A stretch of 47,637 bases of DNA from a virus (Duplodnaviria > Caudoviricetes). A model generated the notes under the pieces. The model saw only the letters and a list, made by a program, of their open reading frames with translations, searched no databases and was not told where the DNA came from. Made by a program: the position numbers and the translations under genes. Positions within the stretch are counted from its first letter, which is position 1; the number at the start of each line of letters is the position of its first letter. The stretch lies in IMG/VR virus record IMGVR_UViG_3300021476_000005, positions 1 to 47,637 of that record. The stretch is one strand, 5' to 3'. Below are positions 43,881-47,637 of the stretch, piece after piece.

Positions 43881-44633
43881 TCACTCCTTGTTCTGCCATT
43901 TGCGGGCAAGTTCAGCGTAAGAGGCCCAGTCCTTGTAGCCGAGCTTTCGCGCGAACGCATCGGGGCCGCCTCGGGCCTCGATGGCTCGGCACTGCGCGCC
44001 ATCGAAGAGGTCTTCGGGCACGATGGGGGAGTTCGTGGTCGCTGGTGGCTTTTCGCCGCGCGCGGGGGGCGGTCCGGGTTTAGCTGTCTTGACCAATTGT
44101 CGGCTCGACATTTCAATTGCCTCGTCTCGCAGTTCCTCGTAGTGTGCTCCCTTGACCATTTTGAGAACGTGTTCGAGGCTTTCAGGCTGGGCGCGCTGAG
44201 CGGTTGAGAGCGCCCCCATGTACCTATCGACCTCGGGCCGGAAGCGGTTGTAGATTTCGCGGTCAGGGACAGAAAGTGCGTTGACCACCGTGCGCTCGCC
44301 GATTTTGGACAGCGTTCCGAACCCGATGTTCGTGAGCTGTTCGAGCTGCTGTCGCAGGGGCCGAATGCCACGCTCAAAGAGCTTCGCGGTGCGCACGTCC
44401 CCCTCGTCGTCGTCAGTGATGACGATGTCGGGTTCGGCGGCGTCGGCAGGGGCTGACTGGGGCGCGGGCGCTTGGCGCGCTTCCAACAGGTCCATCAGTC
44501 GCTTCTCGCGGTCACGGGCAGCGGTGAGGTCGAACTTCAAGCTGTCGAACTCTGCCCGCGTTACCGGCTCAGGGACCGGCTCGGCGGCAGTTGCTTCACC
44601 CTCAGTTGCTTCGGTCGATTGTTCCGTATCCAT
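43881..44633 (-). CDS. Capsid scaffolding protein
   Basis: Acidic N-terminus, coiled coil, Pro-rich linker and C-terminal FARKLG...Y helix; between portal and MCP. Confidence 0.75.
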   Translation of the reverse strand: MDTEQSTEATEGEATAAEPVPEPVTRAEFDSLKFDLTAARDREKRLMDLLEARQAPAPQSAPADAAEPDIVITDDDEGDVRTAKLFERGIRPLRQQLEQLTNIGFGTLSKIGERTVVNALSVPDREIYNRFRPEVDRYMGALSTAQRAQPESLEHVLKMVKGAHYEELRDEAIEMSSRQLVKTAKPGPPPARGEKPPATTNSPIVPEDLFDGAQCRAIEARGGPDAFARKLGYKDWASYAELARKWQNKE

Positions 44634-44901
44634 CGTTGGTCTCCTCTGGGTCTGGGTCTATTTGTGGAACTTCAGTTTGTAGAATCCCCTCAAACACCAT
44701 GCGGCGAACCTCGTCGTCGGGGTAATCAAGCGATTCCAGCGTCTTCTGGCCCAGCCATACCAGCGCCCGAATCGCCCCCTGGGCTTTCAGCACTTCCCGC
44801 CGCTTGTCCGCCTGCTCCAACACCCTCAGCCATCCCTGGCGTTCCACCGCCAGGGCCGCCAAGAAGTCCGCCACCTGGTCTTTCTTGAGCCAATAAAGCA
44901 T
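44602..44901 (-). CDS. Small helical protein after the portal, overprinted on the portal tail
   Basis: ATG 44901 with GAGGAAG RBS; EVLKAQGAIRAL motif typical of post-portal proteins. Confidence 0.65.
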   Translation of the reverse strand: MLYWLKKDQVADFLAALAVERQGWLRVLEQADKRREVLKAQGAIRALVWLGQKTLESLDYPDDEVRRMVFEGILQTEVPQIDPDPEETNDGYGTIDRSN

Positions 44902-46648
44902 CGAAGTCTTCCTCGGTGAGTAAGTAGGCGTGGGTGTCGCGCACACGGTCGAAAGTGCGAAGTAACTGGTCCATAGCTTCGGTGGCAGCCTTGACCGCTT
45001 TGACCATGAGCTGCTTCATTTGGGGGGTCATCTGGGGGCTGCCAGCCGCTGCCGCGTATTGGAGCACTTTGTCGTAATAGACCATTAGCGCTTGCGACAC
45101 TTGCAACGCCCCTTGCTTGTCGGCCTCGCGGTTGACGCTCTGGGAGCTGGCTGTCATTTCGACCGTGAGCTTGTCGCGGAGGTCTTGGGCGGGGCCACGC
45201 AACGCGAGCAGAACCTTCTCACTGTCGCTGGCTCCTAGGACCTTTGACAGCCACTCCGCGATGCGAACGCGGTTGTCGGCGTTGGTCTTGAACTGTTCTT
45301 GGATGCGGAGCACCGACTGCATGAGGGCGTCGCCGTAGGCGGCGCGAAGCTCGGAGAAAGCGAGGGTGAACCGCTTGTTAATCTGCTGGAGAATCGAAAG
45401 CGTCGTAATGCCTGGGGTGCGGTGGCCAGGCATGGGACGGGACGAGAAGTCTGTCAACGTGCCGATGCGGCGGTCGGCAAGCTGCATCGAGTATTGCTCG
45501 GTCTGCAAAGCTGACGGGTAGATGTCAGCCATGCGAAATTCTTTGAGGTCGTCGGGCGATTGGAAATAGAGGGGCTTGTTCGGGATGATGCGGAGCTTCG
45601 ACCCGCACATGGGCGATCCAATTTTCACGCCCCACGCACGGCTGTTGACCAGCTTGGCGTTCGCCATGCGAAAGTTGTGCCAGTCAGTGACCTCGCGCTC
45701 GAAGGGAGCTGCCATTTCCATGATACCGAGACCGAAGAACGAGTGGGAGACAAATTGATAGCGACCCACGCTAAACGGGCGCGAGTCAAAGGGATTGTAC
45801 GAGAGGAACAAAATGCGCGAGGCGGTGCGGTCCCACACGCAATAAAGGTCTATGTCATAGCCCTTGCCATCGTAGGGGTAATAGATGAACAGCTCGTAGA
45901 TGTCGAAGAAGTCGTTGTCGGCAGGCTCTTTGTCTGCGACGTGGGCAGCCACCTGACGCTGACGGCGCACGGGGTTCATAGCGCGAGTGGGCGCGGCAAG
46001 GTCAACGTCCCAACCTTCGGCCCGACCCCGAAGCTCCAACACCCCGTGGGTCATGATGCGAGAGAACCCGACCATGCGGGTCACTTGGATGTCAGGTCCG
46101 CTGCCGCTCGGCAGGACCAAATCCTCGGGGGCAGGGGCATAGATGCGAGGCCCCCAATCGACAATTTCCTCGACGCCAGTTTGCTTGACTTCTTCCTGCC
46201 AGGTGGTGTAGAACAGGCCTGTACCCAAAATTCCCCAATCGAGCAGAAAGTCCTTGCGCGCCTCGACGAAATTGGTAAAGGGGTCAATAGCGAGGTGATT
46301 GACGAGAGTTTGAAACGCGGCGGCGGTGTCTTCGTGGCCGGCGCTGCCGCGCACAGTTACCAAGGGCTGCACCCCTTCGAGCATGTCGGCGGCTTGCGCG
46401 GTGAGCGTGTCGGTGGCAATGGCCCCAAGGGTCACTTCGATGTTCATGATGGGAATGGGGTCGCGGGAGAAGCGCTCGTTGGGAATGCCACGGTACATGC
46501 GCAGGTACTCTTGCCAGCGCATGTAGAGGGGAGCGAGACCCGAGATATAGCTTTCGACCTCGGTCTTGATGTACCGTTCGAGGGCCTGGTCGCCTTCGGC
46601 AGTGCGGCGCAAGCGTTCGACCGATGCGAGCTTGGTGATGGTTCTCAC
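44726..46648 (-). CDS. Portal protein
   Basis: 640 aa; GILGTG, RPFSV...FFGLGI, RTPGIT, VNREADKQ; Gly-rich C-terminal tail; first gene of the head module. Confidence 0.88.
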   Translation of the reverse strand: MRTITKLASVERLRRTAEGDQALERYIKTEVESYISGLAPLYMRWQEYLRMYRGIPNERFSRDPIPIMNIEVTLGAIATDTLTAQAADMLEGVQPLVTVRGSAGHEDTAAAFQTLVNHLAIDPFTNFVEARKDFLLDWGILGTGLFYTTWQEEVKQTGVEEIVDWGPRIYAPAPEDLVLPSGSGPDIQVTRMVGFSRIMTHGVLELRGRAEGWDVDLAAPTRAMNPVRRQRQVAAHVADKEPADNDFFDIYELFIYYPYDGKGYDIDLYCVWDRTASRILFLSYNPFDSRPFSVGRYQFVSHSFFGLGIMEMAAPFEREVTDWHNFRMANAKLVNSRAWGVKIGSPMCGSKLRIIPNKPLYFQSPDDLKEFRMADIYPSALQTEQYSMQLADRRIGTLTDFSSRPMPGHRTPGITTLSILQQINKRFTLAFSELRAAYGDALMQSVLRIQEQFKTNADNRVRIAEWLSKVLGASDSEKVLLALRGPAQDLRDKLTVEMTASSQSVNREADKQGALQVSQALMVYYDKVLQYAAAAGSPQMTPQMKQLMVKAVKAATEAMDQLLRTFDRVRDTHAYLLTEEDFDALLAQERPGGGLLGGPGGGTPGMAEGVGAGGQAAGSAESPGGDSGAGMAGPEDAGIA

Positions 46649-46809
46649 TTAGAGCTTACCGCTGTGTGGGAGAAGTACCCGACGCCCGCACCGAGCAACA
46701 GCTTACCTGCGTCGCTCAGTTCGGGGGCCTTGAGCCACGAGCCAACTCCAATTGCCACGACGCCCGCGAGCGCGAGAATCAATCCTTCGAGAAATGGGTT
46801 GGTGAACAT
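46645..46809 (-). CDS. Small two-TM membrane protein (holin/antiholin-like, 54 aa)
   Basis: MFTNPFLEGLILALAGVVAIGVGSWLKAPELSDAGKLLLGAGVGYFSHTAVSSK; TGATG and GTGA coupling to both neighbours. Confidence 0.6.
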   Translation of the reverse strand: MFTNPFLEGLILALAGVVAIGVGSWLKAPELSDAGKLLLGAGVGYFSHTAVSSK

Positions 46810-46979
46810 CAGTCCCTCTTGGGCGGGGTTTGCAACAAAATGTCAAGCTGGATGGTGAGGCGTTCCAGCGACACGGCCAAGTGCTCCATCTTTCCGTTCA
46901 ATCTCCACAGTACGAACACCGCGACCACAATGGGGAACCCAACGGTGCTGATTAGTTGTGATAGCGTTTCGATGTCCAT
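46809..46979 (-). CDS. YvrJ-like holin (56 aa)
   Basis: LISTVGFPIVVAVFVLWRL followed by a coiled coil; GGGGG RBS. Confidence 0.7.
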   Translation of the reverse strand: MDIETLSQLISTVGFPIVVAVFVLWRLNGKMEHLAVSLERLTIQLDILLQTPPKRD

Positions 46980-46987
46980 AGTCCCCC

Positions 46988-47637
46988 CTATTCATCGGCA
47001 CTGCAAGCATTTATCAGCGCGAGCGTCGTCGTGACGTTCGTGACCCAGCAGATGCGGCGCTTGCCGTTGGCGGGCGCAATCCATGAACCATCGGCGTGGT
47101 AGTTAGCCCCGAGTGTAATCGCCCCTTCGGCACCCCCACTGTTGTTGAAGTTGATAAGCTGCCACAGGCCGCCAGCGACTGGGTTGAGGGGATTGGCCAA
47201 GGTCCATGCGGTTCCGTTGGTCACGGTGATGGCCTGAATGCAGCCGTTCCACATATTTGGGGTGACGGTGGTACCGTACGTTGGCGTAGCCACTGTGCAC
47301 GCGAGCTGGTTGGCGGTGAGCTGCTGCGTCGTCACGGTGCCGAGAAACGACTGGCCCGATGCCACTTGGGAGATGGTGTCAGCGTCGAACGGCCAGTAGT
47401 AGGTGGGCGTGAGAGCTGCGACTGTACCACCGCCCGTGGGAACAGTCGTCTCGGGAATGGTCTGGGTGATGCCAGCGATTTGGCCCGCCGACAACAGTGT
47501 CCCTTCCCAATCAGCGATGTAATCGACGAACGCTTGCCAGGCATTGAGAGACGAAATGCCCAAGAGCTGCGCCCCATTGCCGTTGCCCACGATGAGGTAC
47601 TTGCCAAAGGTATCGGTGACAGAGGTCACAGAGCTGG
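46988..47637 (-). CDS. C-terminal part of the junction-spanning fibre protein that starts at 2240
   Basis: In frame with 1..2240 through the terminal overlap; end of the LamG-like domain (LTPTYYWPFD) and a C-terminal beta domain (TLANPLNPVAG). Confidence 0.85.
   Translation of the reverse strand, partial: SSVTSVTDTFGKYLIVGNGNGAQLLGISSLNAWQAFVDYIADWEGTLLSAGQIAGITQTIPETTVPTGGGTVAALTPTYYWPFDADTISQVASGQSFLGTVTTQQLTANQLACTVATPTYGTTVTPNMWNGCIQAITVTNGTAWTLANPLNPVAGGLWQLINFNNSGGAEGAITLGANYHADGSWIAPANGKRRICWVTNVTTTLALINACSADE
47508..47637. repeat. Terminal overlap with 1-130
   Basis: Direct sequence identity apart from t47511/g4. Confidence 0.97.

Noticed and set aside
24698-46858. Long plus-strand ORFs opposite structural genes (24698..25579, 27488..28267, 33027..33938, 45560..46858; likewise 4806..5855)
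   Set aside because: These are typical antisense open frames produced by GC-rich codon bias, with no recognisable motifs.
46988-47637. Diversity-generating retroelement targeting the fibre (A-to-C variant at the junction)
   Set aside because: No reverse transcriptase and no template/variable repeat pair were seen. One variant base is not enough.

Overview
The window is an apparently complete, circularly permuted genome (about 47.5 kb) of an uncultured podovirus-like tailed phage. Bases 1-130 repeat 47508-47637 with one mismatch, and one long gene runs across that junction. The + strand arm (about 7.9-24.5 kb) carries small early genes, a PD-(D/E)XK nuclease/Sak4-like ATPase/SSB recombination module, and a replication and nucleotide cluster: UDG-PolA fusion, HAD nucleotidase, DUF5664-type dNTP diphosphohydrolase, DUF3987-like P-loop ATPase, PurD-like ATP-grasp ligase and DEDD exonuclease. 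The - strand arm (6.3 kb to 1, wrapping through 47.6 to 24.5 kb) carries TerS, a TerL split into two genes, a vestigial GH108 lysin, fibre proteins, holin-like genes, portal, scaffold, capsid, adaptors, tail nozzle, a GNAT and three internal/ejection proteins. I saw no integrase, repressor, RNA polymerase, primase, tRNA or CRISPR array. The most unusual signals are: (1) a candidate new nucleotide or DNA modification pathway built on a PurD-like ATP-grasp enzyme without PurZ; (2) Cys-rich fibre-type proteins with Sec-like signal peptides, next to an internally deleted endolysin; (3) a split terminase; (4) four paralogous early genes plus three promoter-hairpin-RBS cassettes of shared design; (5) near-total GATC avoidance; (6) an ART-like module inside the giant ejected protein. 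All family calls come from recognising motifs by eye, not from database searches.
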